The notes under the pieces are model-generated. The model had not been told where the DNA came from. It searched no databases and saw nothing but the letters and a program-made list of their open reading frames with translations. 64,000 nt of DNA from Chrysomallon squamiferum (Eukaryota > Animalia > Mollusca), in contig CM022670.1 of NCBI GenBank assembly GCA_012295275.1, positions 806,001 to 870,000 of the forward strand, in the 5' to 3' direction. Shown one piece after another: positions 24,401 to 37,720 of the stretch. Both the position numbers and the translations under genes were made by a program. Every line of letters starts with the position of its first letter. Position 1 is the first letter of the stretch.

Positions 24401-27400
24401 AAAGAAAGAAAATTCATTTGAATGAAATTTTAAATATATAAAACAAAAAAATATGTTCTCCTCCCCACCAAAACAAAATAAATAAATAAAATTAAAAAAT
24501 TGTTTAAAAAATAAAAATAAAAACCAGCAAAACTGGTTTGTTATGTTCCAAAGATACTTTGAATTCATAAATATATTTATAAATATTGTTAAATTATTTA
24601 ATATATCTGAAGTTTCAAATGGTTTTAAAATTTAAGAAAACAAAATCAAAGGAAAAACTGAACAATACTGATATCAATAAAACATTTTTAATGAACATTA
24701 ATTTCATAGACACAACTGACACTTTGAAAATATAATTCTACATGTCACAGTTTTATCAGTAAACAAATTAAATATATCTGGAAGTGAATTCTCTGTACTG
24801 AATGTCAATTAAGCTAATACTTAAGCCAGATTTCTAGATTTGTTCATTACTTTCAATGCTAACTGCAAAGAAATGTGAAGTCAGTCACCTTATTTATTAA
24901 TATAAATTACATTAATGATAAAAGCTATACTGGCAAAAGAAAATAGAAAAAAAACAAACATAAAAAAACATGTTATGCAGGAGCCATTTTTTAAATATAT
25001 TTACAGGCTTTATGCGATATAATTATTTTTTCAATAATAGTAATATATAATAACAATAATAACAATAAAATTTAAAAATTAATGTTACTTGTATAACATA
25101 ATGTGTTATCTGAATGAGAAATTAAATATAAGGCAACACAATTTTATTGCAGACATTAATTCAATATGATTAAATAATTTTAGCTACTAAATTAATAGCT
25201 ACTAAAAAATTTAATAACACATTTCCACACTTTTCTTGATTCTGCATTGAAAGAAAAGAAAATGTAATAATGCAATTATTTCTATTTTGTAACATCTTGT
25301 ACTGAAATTAGTGGACTGAAGGCTAAAGGTCAAAAATACAGATGAAGTCAGGGAGATAACAGGGAATTGTTGAAAGAGTTGTATAGATTAACAACCTGAC
25401 ATTTGTTTTCTGCAGAAGAAATAATGCCATAAGCCAACATCAACAGGTAACTCCTGTCCAAGAACCTGTTGTGTCATAATGAGATAGAAAATTGCTAGAC
25501 AGTTGTTTACAGAAAGAAAAAAACACTTCTACTTTTCTAGTTATCTGCAGCAAGTATGTAATTACCAGCCAGGCAAGACAACTGTTGAAATGGTAGTTTT
25601 AGTGGAATGAGTCTTCATCTAATTCCTATGTTTATTACAAACAAGAGTTTTATTGTCTATCAGTCTTCACATTTTGACAGGCTGATAGGTTCCAGAGAAA
25701 ATGACTAGAACTTGGAGGTTCCCAGTGGGACTTGTTCCAAATTTTGGTTGTACTTGCCCTGGAGGTAACTCTGTACTTAACCTGATAGCAGGATAAGTAA
25801 CAGAATTTTTTGAAAATATATTTTTTTCATGCCAGCACTGATAATCCTGTCTAGAAGCTTTGATCTTTCCGTACTTTGAAATTGCATGAAGTTCAGTATT
25901 TTTTTTTTTCTCTCTCTCTCTCTCTCCCTGTTTGTGTGTGTACATATGTGCATGTGTGTGGGCATGTACATATGTGCATGTATTTTTCTGTGGATGTGGG
26001 TGTGCATGTGTATGTATATGAAGACAGAAATTATTAAAAACTTTCAAAATAAAGTTATCAGATCCTTAAAATAAAGATATTCTTCCATCTGCTCTGGTTT
26101 GCTTAATGTTAATGAATGCAAGAAGCTAATTGTTCACACTCCCAATTTTTAAACAATTATAGTAAAAAGTGAAAAAAATAAGCAATCCAGTCATGATCTG
26201 GGTGTCTTTATTCTACCACATAACAACATCAGCAGTCAGCTGACCACTGGTTGTATAGCAAAGACAATTTGATCCAATTAAGTGAGAATTAACATACTTC
26301 CTTATGTTCAGGAAATTAGTCACTATAGCAAAAGTGACCCAGTGCCACAGTTTTGTAATCCCCTTTGTACAGATTAATCAATTAACAAACAATTTTTAAA
26401 ATAATAATAATGACAGAGAAACAGAAAAAAAAGAAAAAAAAAGAAAAACAATTATGAAAACAAAAGCAAGAACAAATTTTAGATGACCAAAATAACAACA
26501 GATATATTTAATCCTATTTTAAAATAAGGTTATTTTTACACATAATAAATAATAGTCATATTAATTAAAAAAATACCTATCAGGAAAAAGATAAAGGGAA
26601 AAAAATGAAGAAAAAAGTAAAATAATTTTTTCATATTTTTGGCAAGGTATGTTGTTTTTGAGGAGACTGGGGTGTGGTCTTTTTTGTTTTTGATTATTTA
26701 TATACAGAGACCTCTAGTGCTTCCCACCTTAATTTCCCACAATCAGATACTCAAGTTATTTAATATACTGCTTTTATTTATTGGAACACAAGCATTTGTG
26801 ACATGAAATGAACTGGAATAAGAAAATCTCTCCAGAGAATTCCAGAGAAATCTGCATATCTTTTTCTTTCCTACTTGTTCACGCTCTCATGCCTTTTCAT
26901 ACTTCTTAACCATGCTATCAGCGAAAACTATTTTCAAAGCAATTATTTCAAGTGAAGAATGTGTGTTTATTTACAACAGATGCAGTGAAGGAAACTATCA
27001 TAAAAAGCTGTTAACTTTAGGCTTATTAACCTTTTTTCCACATGAAAAATATTTAAAGAAATTTTCAATTATGGTAATCCATAACAGACAAGAAAATGCT
27101 TAAAGTTTAGAGCAAGGGAAAAAAAATCTACCCAATGAACCGTTGACCAGAAAAACTAAATTTAAAAAGTGTTCACAATTTTATTATAATATCTGACCAA
27201 AATGTATGATAGACCATAAAATAGTAGTTAGCTTTAGATACAGTATTTATTATCTGTTAAAAATATGCTTAGAATTAGGTACAGCATTATAAATTACAGC
27301 GCTGCGGTGTAGTAGATAACATTTATCTGTAATGTGAATTTGTATTTATAAACAATTAACCAGCACACCGTATTTTATTTTTACAATTACTTCTATTTAT

Positions 27401-27436
27401 CAACTGTTAGTGCTTGATTGTTGTTTTTTATTTGTT

Positions 27437-27476
<40 letters not shown>

Positions 27477-29477
27477 TGCTTGCAATTGTATACGTGGATT
27501 CACAGAAAGTAGAATTATTCTGGCTTCAACATGACAGCTTTAACTGGCTTTCAACTACAAAGCCTAGAACAATTAGCACAGCTGATAAAGCCAGTGCACC
27601 GAACTAGTGAAGGAGATCCAGGGATAATAGCAAAGGCTTTGATTTTCTTGCTTATGAGACAGACAGGTGGATGGGAATTATTGCTGAGCATTCCTTGGAG
27701 ACTGAAATGAACACACACAGCTCTCAGTGAGCCTCTTACTTGTGTGGCTTGTCACCAGCGGATGTACAAAGCATTATGGCAAACCACTTTACACGACAAA
27801 TGTGATCATGTTAATGAGTCACACTAATACAGCTCTTACTGCATGTTCACTTCACAGTCTGAAGCATTAGCAGACTTAGCCAATGTTACTTGCATGGAAT
27901 GTAATGTACACTTGCATGTACTTGATACAAATGCATAACAATAACCCATGAAAGACATTTCTCTCTAATAATATTCTTTGTTTTTCTTTTCCTTTTTCCT
28001 TTCTGTAATAATGTTTTGGAAAGGAAAATAAACATGAAGGTAATGTTAATCAAATTCATCTATTTTGAGGCACTTGTGTGTGGTACAACATTATAAACAC
28101 ATTCAACTATAGACATTGATACTGGTCTATTCTATTTCATTTCATTTCCATATGTGTGAAGTCAGGAAAAATTCATTTGCTGATGCAAAAATCAAAACAC
28201 ACAATTAAAAAATGAAACCACAAAATAAGTTTTTCTTAACATTTATAGTTTATTAAACAATAATAATTTTCTTGTATTTTATTTTAATTTTCCCATTTAT
28301 TTATTTATTTATTTGTTTGTTTGTTTGGTTCTTTGTTCAAATAAACACCATATAAATTTTCATTTACTGTTTGGATTACTCTCAGTATGCATTCTGACCT
28401 GAACACCATTCTTTGTTTGGTTAACCTGCAGTGAGAATCTTTCACAATGTTAATTTTGGCAAATGTTCAAAAAATAATATTACCTATAATGTATTATTTT
28501 ATAAACAGAGATGACAAGCTGGACCCTTGATGATGGTTTCCATCACTTGTTATGTAGTTAGCCAAATTATTCTGCACTGAGCAGGCCTCGATTTAATCAT
28601 GCCCTGATTATCTCCCATTCTATTAATGTTAAATAATTAATTCAAACTCTGTTCTTGAAAGAAAGGAAGGGTGCATGATTTCACCATTTTGTGGTTCACA
28701 CAGAAATTAATCATGTGCCTGCTTTGAACGTGAAAGTCGAAAAGTGCCATGTGTCTGTTTGTTAGCCTGATCCATATCCAGCAGATCTGGCAATGATTCT
28801 GATAATCAATTATTAAGCACGACTTGAGACTCAGTGTCAACAATAATAAGGTGAACTCTGTGGGATCAGTTTGTGATTTTAAATAATAATAACTCATTTG
28901 GAATTAAGTCAGTAGACACATTGATTTAACAATATTGTTTTCAGATATATATATACATGTGCATAAAATGAAAAAGTATATGTTTGTGTGCATCTCTACA
29001 ATATCAAAAAGATTATTTTAATCAAATTATCCAAAAAATATTATATCGTATAAAAATATACTAAATTTAATGTTTGAAATAAAATATATTCTTAGTCTTT
29101 TTTCTTTTAAAAAAAAATACCAGCTGAATGTGATTCACACAATCAAAATGCTATATATTTTAAACCATTATTGTAAAAGAAACTATTGTCAGTTATATCA
29201 ATATGCCAAACCTAGTTATTGTGTAATCTGATTAAAACTGTCTTGTTCAAGATGTAAATAAAGCTGTCAAGAGTGCCTAATTATAAGACCGCTGTGTCAA
29301 ATTACTGACTCTTTCAAGGAAGTTAAAATGTTTATAACAGTTTGAGTCAAACCCTTAAAGTACATCTTGACCGGATTTTTTTAAAAGTACCTAATTAGTT
29401 GCTGAGCATATTTGTATTTTGAAATTTTATATTTTAAAAACAATATATATGTGTAATGTATATGTATGTATGTTTTT

Positions 29478-29524
<47 letters not shown>

Positions 29525-30076
29525 TCTCACACACTACTTTGATCACATAGCAAATGAATTAACAAAAATAAACCTTTAATTATTGTAAAGAAATAGTGAT
29601 TGACCACATAATATTGCATATGCATCAATAAAACAGTCATTAGCTAAAATGTTGAAAATGAATAAATTTGAGAGTTAGTTTCATCTTAAGTCGTCTCTGT
29701 CAAAACTGTTGACTAAAAACAAATTTAAATGTAACTGTATATTATGTTACCTGTATATGTGTAGTTGACCAAGGCAGAAAGTGCTTCAGCATCTACATCT
29801 TTCATTTTGATTTCATTCATGGATGCTTCACGGACATCACTCGTGAACATTGCTGCAAAGTAGTCTGATGCTGCAGTAAGAACAAGACGATGAGCTGGAA
29901 TCCGTTTTGATCCAGCAACAAGAATTACATCACATAATGTGTTCTTGTTCACGTAGTCCTCCATTTTCTTCATCATTCTCTCCGAGTGATTGATGGAACG
30001 GAACTCGTCTCCGAAGTCATCCATTTTGTTCTTGGTGAGGCTTGCATAGGTGTGGTGGTTGTTGTGCACTAAATAC
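18406..30076 (-). CDS. KLHL5: Kelch-like protein 5-like (KLHL1/4/5 group; BTB-BACK-6xKelch CUL3 adaptor)
   Basis: Minus-strand exons 30076-29751, 24160-23964, 23494-23282, 21294-21105, 20549-20325, 20088-19926, 19594-19382, 19060-18889, 18465-18406 (TGA); all GT-AG and phase-consistent. 568 aa from the ATG at 30024 (aacaaaATGG). BTB ([25 protein letters not shown]), BACK ([13 protein letters not shown]), Kelch repeats ([44 protein letters not shown]) typical of KLHL1/4/5. Confidence 0.92.
18889..19060 (-). CDS. KLHL5: KLHL5-like exon, Kelch repeats
   Basis: ORF 18832..19032; ttcag| ... |gtgagt, 172 nt. Confidence 0.92.
19382..19594 (-). CDS. KLHL5: KLHL5-like exon, Kelch repeats
   Basis: ORF 19378..19617; ttcag| ... 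|gtaaca, 213 nt. Confidence 0.92.
19926..20088 (-). CDS. KLHL5: KLHL5-like exon, Kelch repeats ([33 protein letters not shown]...)
   Basis: ggtag| ... |gtgaga, 163 nt, phase 1/2. Confidence 0.92.
20325..20549 (-). CDS. KLHL5: KLHL5-like exon, Kelch repeats
   Basis: ORF 20308..20490; tacag| ... |gtatga, 225 nt. Confidence 0.92.
21105..21294 (-). CDS. KLHL5: KLHL5-like exon, BACK end / Kelch 1
   Basis: ORF 21070..21312; ttaag| ... |gtatat, 190 nt. Confidence 0.9.
23282..23494 (-). CDS. KLHL5: KLHL5-like exon, BACK domain
   Basis: ORF 23189..23518; ttcaag| ... |gtgagt, 213 nt. Confidence 0.92.
23964..24160 (-). CDS. KLHL5: KLHL5-like exon, BTB end / BACK start
   Basis: ORF 23922..24149; tgcag| ... 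|gtgagt, 197 nt. Confidence 0.92.
29481..29522. repeat. (AC)n microsatellite
   Basis: Direct inspection. Confidence 0.95.
29751..30076 (-). CDS. KLHL5: KLHL5-like exon, BTB N-half (candidate start ATG 30024)
   Basis: ORF 29725..30069; ttgcag| acceptor, |gtaaca donor. Confidence 0.9.
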
Positions 30077-30582
30077 CTGCAAAGTACAGAATGAAGATTT
30101 CATAATCAAAAATAATAACAAAAATATCCCATTTCTTTAAAAAAAATGCAAATCAATAATAAAACTTGAATAAAACATATCTTTTTTTCAGACTGGTCTA
30201 AAGGCAAAACAAGAGGTAGGTTCAGTTAATATTAGAAGAATAGTTTTTTTTTTTTTTCTTCTTTTACTTCCTTTATTTTTAAATTTTTGTTTGTAGGATT
30301 ACGTATTTATAATGTAGTACATTTGTTTTCTATCTAAAGGAGTGGTACTTGGGTGATCAGTCAGACACTAAACATAACTAGGATCTTTCCTTCACTGTCC
30401 AAATATAAACAACACAATTTTGAACTTATGTCCTGATTATATACAAACCAAACAATAAAAAGGTTTTAGATGAGATGTATATAAAAACTGAAATGATTCC
30501 AAGATGGTGGACATCTGTGTTGAACCTGAAGACAGCACAACACTGCTGCAATCAGGTATAACATACATCCTCTGGGGCTTAC

Positions 30583-30731
30583 CTTTTCTCTACACAAAAA
30601 CACCAATACAGATGAAAAAGGTTGAACACCTGATCCAGATAAAAATATGAGACGGGTTTCAAGCTATCTGTAATTTTGGCAACAATTGTCAGGCCAGAAG
30701 GAATTTCAAAGAGCCAATAATCACTTTCCAT
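30583..30731 (-). CDS. Possible upstream/alternative 5' coding exon of KLHL5-like (MESDYWLFE...CVEKR)
   Basis: Strong donor AAG|gtaagc at 30583/30582 in phase 2, matching the phase of the 30076 acceptor; ATG at 30731; no recognisable homology. Confidence 0.3.
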
Positions 30732-33700
30732 TAGTGAGACCACCTTTCCCCTTGCCTTTCCTAACTGAACTGTAAATAGTGATATCTTCATGTTTTTGGA
30801 ACACTTGTATATAACTGATTTTGAAAATAGTATATGTATATTATCTTTCAAATTCCTAGACTGCAGAGCTCTCTTGAACTGCAGTATTTTTTATTTAGAA
30901 ATCCTCTGACACTGAAAGAAACACTGCAGCTTTCAAAACAAAATGTTATAATTGGTACTAATGAATTCAACAAAAGTATTATTTTTCAAACATAGATCAT
31001 TGTTATGTTAAGTATTATTTAAGTATCCATTTATCACAATACATAATTTTTTTTTTTTAAATGTGATAAATCTACAACATCTGTGAATAAAACAAACATA
31101 ATTATAAAATTAAGATACATGAAATATAACAAATATCTACAGCACATAGTGATTAACACTAAAGTTACTCATTATAAAATTTGATTAGTCTTCAGACAGT
31201 AACAGCCAGGAGCTGTAAAAGTCATAATTAAAGTAACAAAAATGATAGTCTCTGAAGGGCTTTCAGGATACTGCTAATTTCTTCTGTCGGATGGAAAACA
31301 ATCCTAACATTGATGACCCTCTGCTACTAGCATTACTTGTGTTAATACAGCTGACAGGGGACCTCTGATGAATGCACACACTGCAGCATTCAGAAATGTG
31401 ATATATCATGTCATATCACATGCAGAAAAAATTATATATCTGGAAACTTGTCTACAATATACTTTCTATTAGTAGAACAGTAAAAGAACAATAAGTTACT
31501 TTTATAACAATAAAAGCTATTTTCTTCCATCCTTTAGTTTTATAAATACTTATAACAGAAAATCAAATCTCATGAAAAATGTCTATCCAGTTCTACTGTA
31601 ACATACAGAAATTAAGCGAAGAATTATAATCCTGGTATCAGACATTAAGGAACATTATGGAGTTTCTACACTTAACAAAAGAGTTCTAGAAATATGTAAG
31701 AAAAACTTCCAAGCAATGTTTATTCAAAACATTAAAATGTGTTTTGTAAACAACAGCAACAATCTAGTGAAGCCATATAATCCTTTTATCTTGCATGGGA
31801 AAACACATAAGATTCCACAGAGCAAAAGAACAGCATACCATCACAGTCTTTCATGAACTGTACATATGTTCATCTGATATCTTCATTCTCTGTCATTTGT
31901 TCAGCTGTAAACAATACTGGCATTTTTATCTCAGTGTTTATCATCTCTGCCATAAAATTATCAATAATCTATCATTTGAAAGATTTAATTTTTCTTATCA
32001 AAACATTTAGAATAAACCACATGCCCATGTGTGCATGAAACATAGCACCAATTGCACAAGTTTATCTTTTATGTTGCAATAAAAATGTTCCATTCTAATT
32101 TGATATTCAGTAACTAGTACAGACTTTTTCTTTTTTAATTAATTTATTTATTTATTATTAATTTTATTTTGTTTAGGTTTAAAAATATTAAAATAATAAC
32201 AACATAAAGCATTTTACTAATGCATTTGTTGGTTGTTTTTTATTGATTGTAGTTACTTTTTTGCTTTGTTGATTTTGTTTGTTTTTTTCAATTGTTGTTG
32301 GAGTTTTTGAGAGATGTAAGATATCTGGGACTGAGCCGATTTCTTTTAGTTGTTTTATCATACCAAAAAACAATTGACAATACTTAATTCAAAATATATT
32401 GTAAGGGATTATAATTATTGTAGTACAAACCAAAATCAAATCAGCAAATGTTATTTTTGGGGTGAAAAAAAATGGCCACAAGAATAATATGGAAAAAAGT
32501 TTATGAATACTTTATTTGCTAGATCCTTCTTTCTTATTTTTCCTTCTGTATGTATGCATGGATGGAAGAATGGATAGATAGATGGTTGGATGGATCAAAC
32601 TAAATTTAGTCATTCTAGAAGTTAATTTGTGAAAGATAATGCAATAATAAAAAAAAAAAAAAAAAGGTATTAGTGTTTCTTAAAATAGAGAAAGACTGGA
32701 GGAAAATAATTATAATATAATATCTTATGTAATGATTAATGATTTTGAAAATGATTTAAAAACATTCTTTTTTGTAAAAATAATGTTATAGATAATTAGA
32801 TTTGACAAAATAATTATTTGAAATCTCAGCTTTCTTAAATCAAAACAAGAAAATAATTGTGTCAGGAAAAAAGTTGTATTTTTGCATTAACTTTTTCTAA
32901 CTTTACATATGAACAATAAATTAATTAAATTCGGAAAATCAACCAAGCCAACAATACTAATTGAAAAATAATATTGTTATAAATAAGACTACAATGTTCA
33001 AGACGCAGTGAAAAAGATACCTGCAACAGCTGAAAACAGTTTTGAAAATGTGGAGAGAAAAAAAAAGAGATGTATGATGCGTGGAATTGCTTTGTCTGAA
33101 CTGACTGAGACCCAGTGACAAAGAAAGGAAATGTCAGAGATGGGCTAACTCAAATGAACATGTAACTGATGGCATCCAGCTGTTTGAGTCTCCACTCTGC
33201 CACTGTCATAAACAACTCATCATACTTTCTATAATACACATAACTAGAATACTTCTAAATGACATTCACTGTCAACACATTAATAACACATTTTCTTTTT
33301 TTTTTACCTAAGATAATAATAAGAATGGAAGTAGTAAATATTAAAAATAAATAAAAGTTGTATGATATGAGAATAGCTGTTAATAAGAAAAAAGGCATAA
33401 ATAACACATTTATTTTTTCAAAACAGTTATGTGGTTCTTTCATTAAATATCTGATTATATAACTATGTATATATGAAATCAGATTTTTCTAATAACCCTT
33501 TAAAGTTTTCAGAGTTTATTTATTCTTTTATTATTATTTCATAAGATCAAATTATTTCACAGTAAATCATTATTTATGAAAGAAAAATTATTATCAACTT
33601 AAAAACAATAAAAAAAAATGTAAAGGAAAAGAAATTATAAATAATAATTTATTAACAATTTGTAAACAAAATTAATGTATTCAGTATTAAAGCTTTATAT

Positions 33701-33854
33701 TCAACAAAATACATAATATTCTGCATATTATAATTTACAGGTATACTATTTTGAAGAAAATAAATTATTAAGCATAAAAATGATAAATATTCAACTAATA
33801 TTTAAAATAATCTTTTAAACATTGAAAATTTAAACACATTAAATTCTTAATGAA

Positions 33855-34000
33855 AAACAAGAATTAAAAATATTAAATAGAATATAATTAACTAAGACCT
33901 GAAATTAAAAACATTAAATTCTATAACAATAACTAAAAACCACAATTAAAAACATTAAATGCAATTAAATTAACAAAAACCAAGAATTAAAAACATTAAC
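33855..34000. repeat. Degenerate ~41-bp tandem repeat, ~4 copies
   Basis: Recurring aattaaaaacattaaat core. Confidence 0.6.
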
Positions 34001-36560
34001 AAAAATCTATTAATATAACAAAAGACATTACAATAATGTCTAAAAACTGACAAAGAAAAGTAATTTTATATCATATCAAGTTTTTCAAACAATTGTAGGG
34101 GCTTCTAATAATAAAATTAAGTCACTATACCTGTAGATATCTGACAAACGTGAAACCTTTGTCATCATAGCATTAATGACGGTGTATGAGTGATCACCGC
34201 AACAGCATTGTATTCCACTCAACAAGCTACAATGAGTCAGAGACAGACACACACGATTCCTGCCAGCATTACCAATCTGTGGCCTCAGTAACTCATTGAC
34301 ATGGGCTCACTCACTCACTCTCATACAATGATGCCTGCCTGCCCGTGGTTGGTTCAAATAGAGACTTAAACTGAACCCTGTAGAGGCATTGATTAGACCA
34401 ATGGTTACAGAGTTTAACATGAAGTGACAGTCAGTATTTGATGACAGCAACATTGTGAAATTATGGTTGAATAACATACCTGGACTTGTTTTATTTTTTC
34501 ATTAATAATTTATAATGAAAAAATAATACCTTTGTGTATTATGTATATTGAAAGAGAAACGTTTTTATGCTTTAAGTGCTGAGAATCGAAAAAGAAACAA
34601 TTATTGCTTTTTCAATTAAATTTCTGTCTAGACACAATTCAGAGTGTAAGCATCCATCAATTCTGACAGAGAACCTAGTACCTGCATTTGTATTCCCTGT
34701 AGCAAAACAAAAGAAAGTGATCCATAACTGGATTCCATTAGTTTGTTTCTCCATCAAATGTGTTTTCCTTGCTGTTGCAGCACAAAAGGATAATGTACAC
34801 AATGCAGGATGGCGTCAAATAGCTAACAGTTGCAGTGACACTGGGAAAGCATTTTTTAACAGAATCATGAGAATGCATGAATTTCCCTCTAATGTAATTT
34901 GCTTGTTTTACTCTGATCTACTACTGTAAACAAACAATACTACAGCAGTACAGAAAAGAAAAAAAAAAAAAAAAAATCTTAAAGCAGAAATAACCTCTTT
35001 CCAAAATGTCAGAAATGCCACCAAATAATGCTGTCAATTCTTCAGCAAACTTGTTTTCAATGCATAATCAATAACATTTCTGCACAAAACAGCCAAAGTG
35101 AACTGGGAGAAAATACTCTTTAAGTCAAAAGAAAATCCCCATAGATTTCAAACAATAGTATATAATTCATGTGAAGGTGAGATATATCAAATTTTAAATT
35201 ATGGCATTTAAAGAAAATGAAAAAGTATAATATTAATATTAACTTTATATTATACAGATAGCTAAATCAGTTTTGTTCTCTTTCTCTAGATCCATAATCC
35301 AATTTTTTATTTTTAAAACAAACAGACAAACAATAATATAAAATAAAAACAAAAATTAAAAATTCCAACATGATAAATAATAACTTCAAAATTGTTGCAA
35401 AATCTAAACTTGTACATTTTATCTTTTTAATACACATCAAAAATATACACATATAAAAATGAATGCTGTTGGCGATATTTGTTTATTTTTGTCCACTATT
35501 ATCTAAAATTATTGTGATTACTTTGAGTTATTTTTTGTATGTTTTTCTTTTTTTTTTTTTTTTCAGCCTCAAGATTTCAACTATGCTCCATGTTATAATA
35601 ATTATTTAAAATTACTCTAGTTTTTTTATGATTTTATTTGCAGCAGGGGGGTCTTTGCATTTGTTCATTCTTTTTTCTGGGGATTAAAGGAATGAACAGG
35701 GGGCATAAAATACTACAATAGCACACAATAATTACCCTAGTGCTTTACATTACTATAATTATCACTAATAATTGTCATTAATCATTATTATAATCTGAAC
35801 CATCATGTATAAAGACTGAATGAGTGTATAACAAAATGTGAAATGTAGTGTAGCATTTTGTTACAGGAAACTGATACATATTGTTTAATACATAATTTAA
35901 ATGTCATGGAATATTTTCTGGCAAAACAAGTCTAGTCGATATTATTAACAGATGAACTTCTAACAGAACAGCACACCTATCCTGACTGGTAGTTTTACTG
36001 TATCACATAAACATATGTCACTCAACAGTCTTATCTCATAAACATCTATACTTCAAAATTAAACATGTAATGCCAATGTGCATGGGTCAACATCTCTGAG
36101 GTAGAGATAAAATACATACATTTAACCTTTCAGTGCTAAGAAAAAACCTAACAATTTTCAGAATGTGAAAAGAAAAATGTTATAAAAAATTATAAATAAA
36201 CATACAAAGTATCAGTTTAAGAAAATACAGTTTAAGAAAATGCAGATAAGTTAAGTTTTGAGGGGAAAGAAACAAAAAACATCTGAACTGTAATATATCT
36301 TTCTCATTCTTTATTGCATTATCTGTAAAGGAATTCTTAGGGCAAATATTATTAAATGGACAATAATTAATAAAATTAGTAAACCTGTGTTTTGTAGCTC
36401 TGATATATATCTAATTCATTGGGCTCATCAGTATAACCATACTCAAATAATGTAAAATGTAACTGAAAAAATAATTTTAGCCAAATAAGATGACAACAAA
36501 ATCCTATCGTTATTTATTATTAAGCCCATTAATATAAAAAACAACAACAATAAAATAAAT

Positions 36561-36562
<2 letters not shown>

Positions 36563-36618
<56 letters not shown>
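36563..36618. repeat. (AGAT)n microsatellite
   Basis: Direct inspection. Confidence 0.95.
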
Positions 36619-37689
36619 TAATTAATTAATAAAATAATAATAAAATTTTAAAGTAAAAAAACATGTATCAGAAAAAACCCCACTTCAAACAGAGAGACTG
36701 GGCATGATTTGAATATAAATTAAATGATTCTATTATGAAATATTTACTACAAACAAAATGACTGAAAAGCTTTGATATGTTATTTTATTACTGTTGGTAT
36801 TAAAAAAAAATGTTATGTGATAACAAAAAGATATCACAGTAATAATTTTGAAAGATAAAATGTATGAAAACAATTTGTTTCAGAATATTTTGTCATCAGA
36901 TAATAATTAGATAGATAATTTTAAACCAATTCAGAAATATGAATACAAATAAATGTCATTTTACCAGATAATATAAATATTTGGCAGGATGTTTTGATAA
37001 AGTGATCATAAATGTACCACTATCAAACAAAACAAAACACAATAAAATAAAACAAAAAACATTACTTTAAATATGATACTTTATAAATAAGAGAAATAAA
37101 TTAGATTTGACAGACATTAATACTGAACAGAGACACCAAGAAGTAAGACAACAAAACATTATCCAAAATTAAAAAATAACAAACATCTTTTCTTCTTTTT
37201 TCTTAATTTAAAAAGGAAAAACGTCACAGACACAATTTAAAAAAAAAAAACCAACAAAACAAAACAAGAAAACAACACATGTTTAAAACAACCAATTTTC
37301 AACTGACAAAGTTTAAACTGATTGCAAAGTTAAAAATCTAACAGCTGTTTTTCCAATTAACTCCCGGAAACACAATTTCAAAGTGCCATCTTATTGCAAT
37401 TTAAAATGTATATTCTTAGTCAAACGATTATCCGTGAAGTTAAAATGAGCAGAGATGTCAGATGTTTGATTTTTTATGTGATTCTAATTTGTCCTGTGTG
37501 TACTCTAAATGTTTTCAGCTGTCTGCTTGGCCCTTTCCGTTGTTTAGAACACACGCTATCAGTTTGCTGTTCATATTAATTATCATACAATGCCAATTCA
37601 CATCAATTATGCATGTGACTGACTTACACACTGATGAAAATTTCACTATCACATATATATCATACCTATTTGATAAAATATCATTTATA

Positions 37690-37720
<31 letters not shown>

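Noticed and set aside
25667-26074. 126-aa minus-strand ORF and overlapping ORFs in a Kelch intron
   Set aside because: Partly low-complexity CA/GA repeat, no recognisable domain, and not needed for the phase-consistent exon chain.
28528-28610. TGATGA...CTGA box C/D-like motifs
   Set aside because: Antisense to the host gene, imperfect box C, and no terminal stem seen.
34572-34929. 117-aa plus-strand and 76-aa minus-strand ORFs
   Set aside because: No recognisable homology or splice partners; consistent with chance ORFs in a slightly GC-richer island.
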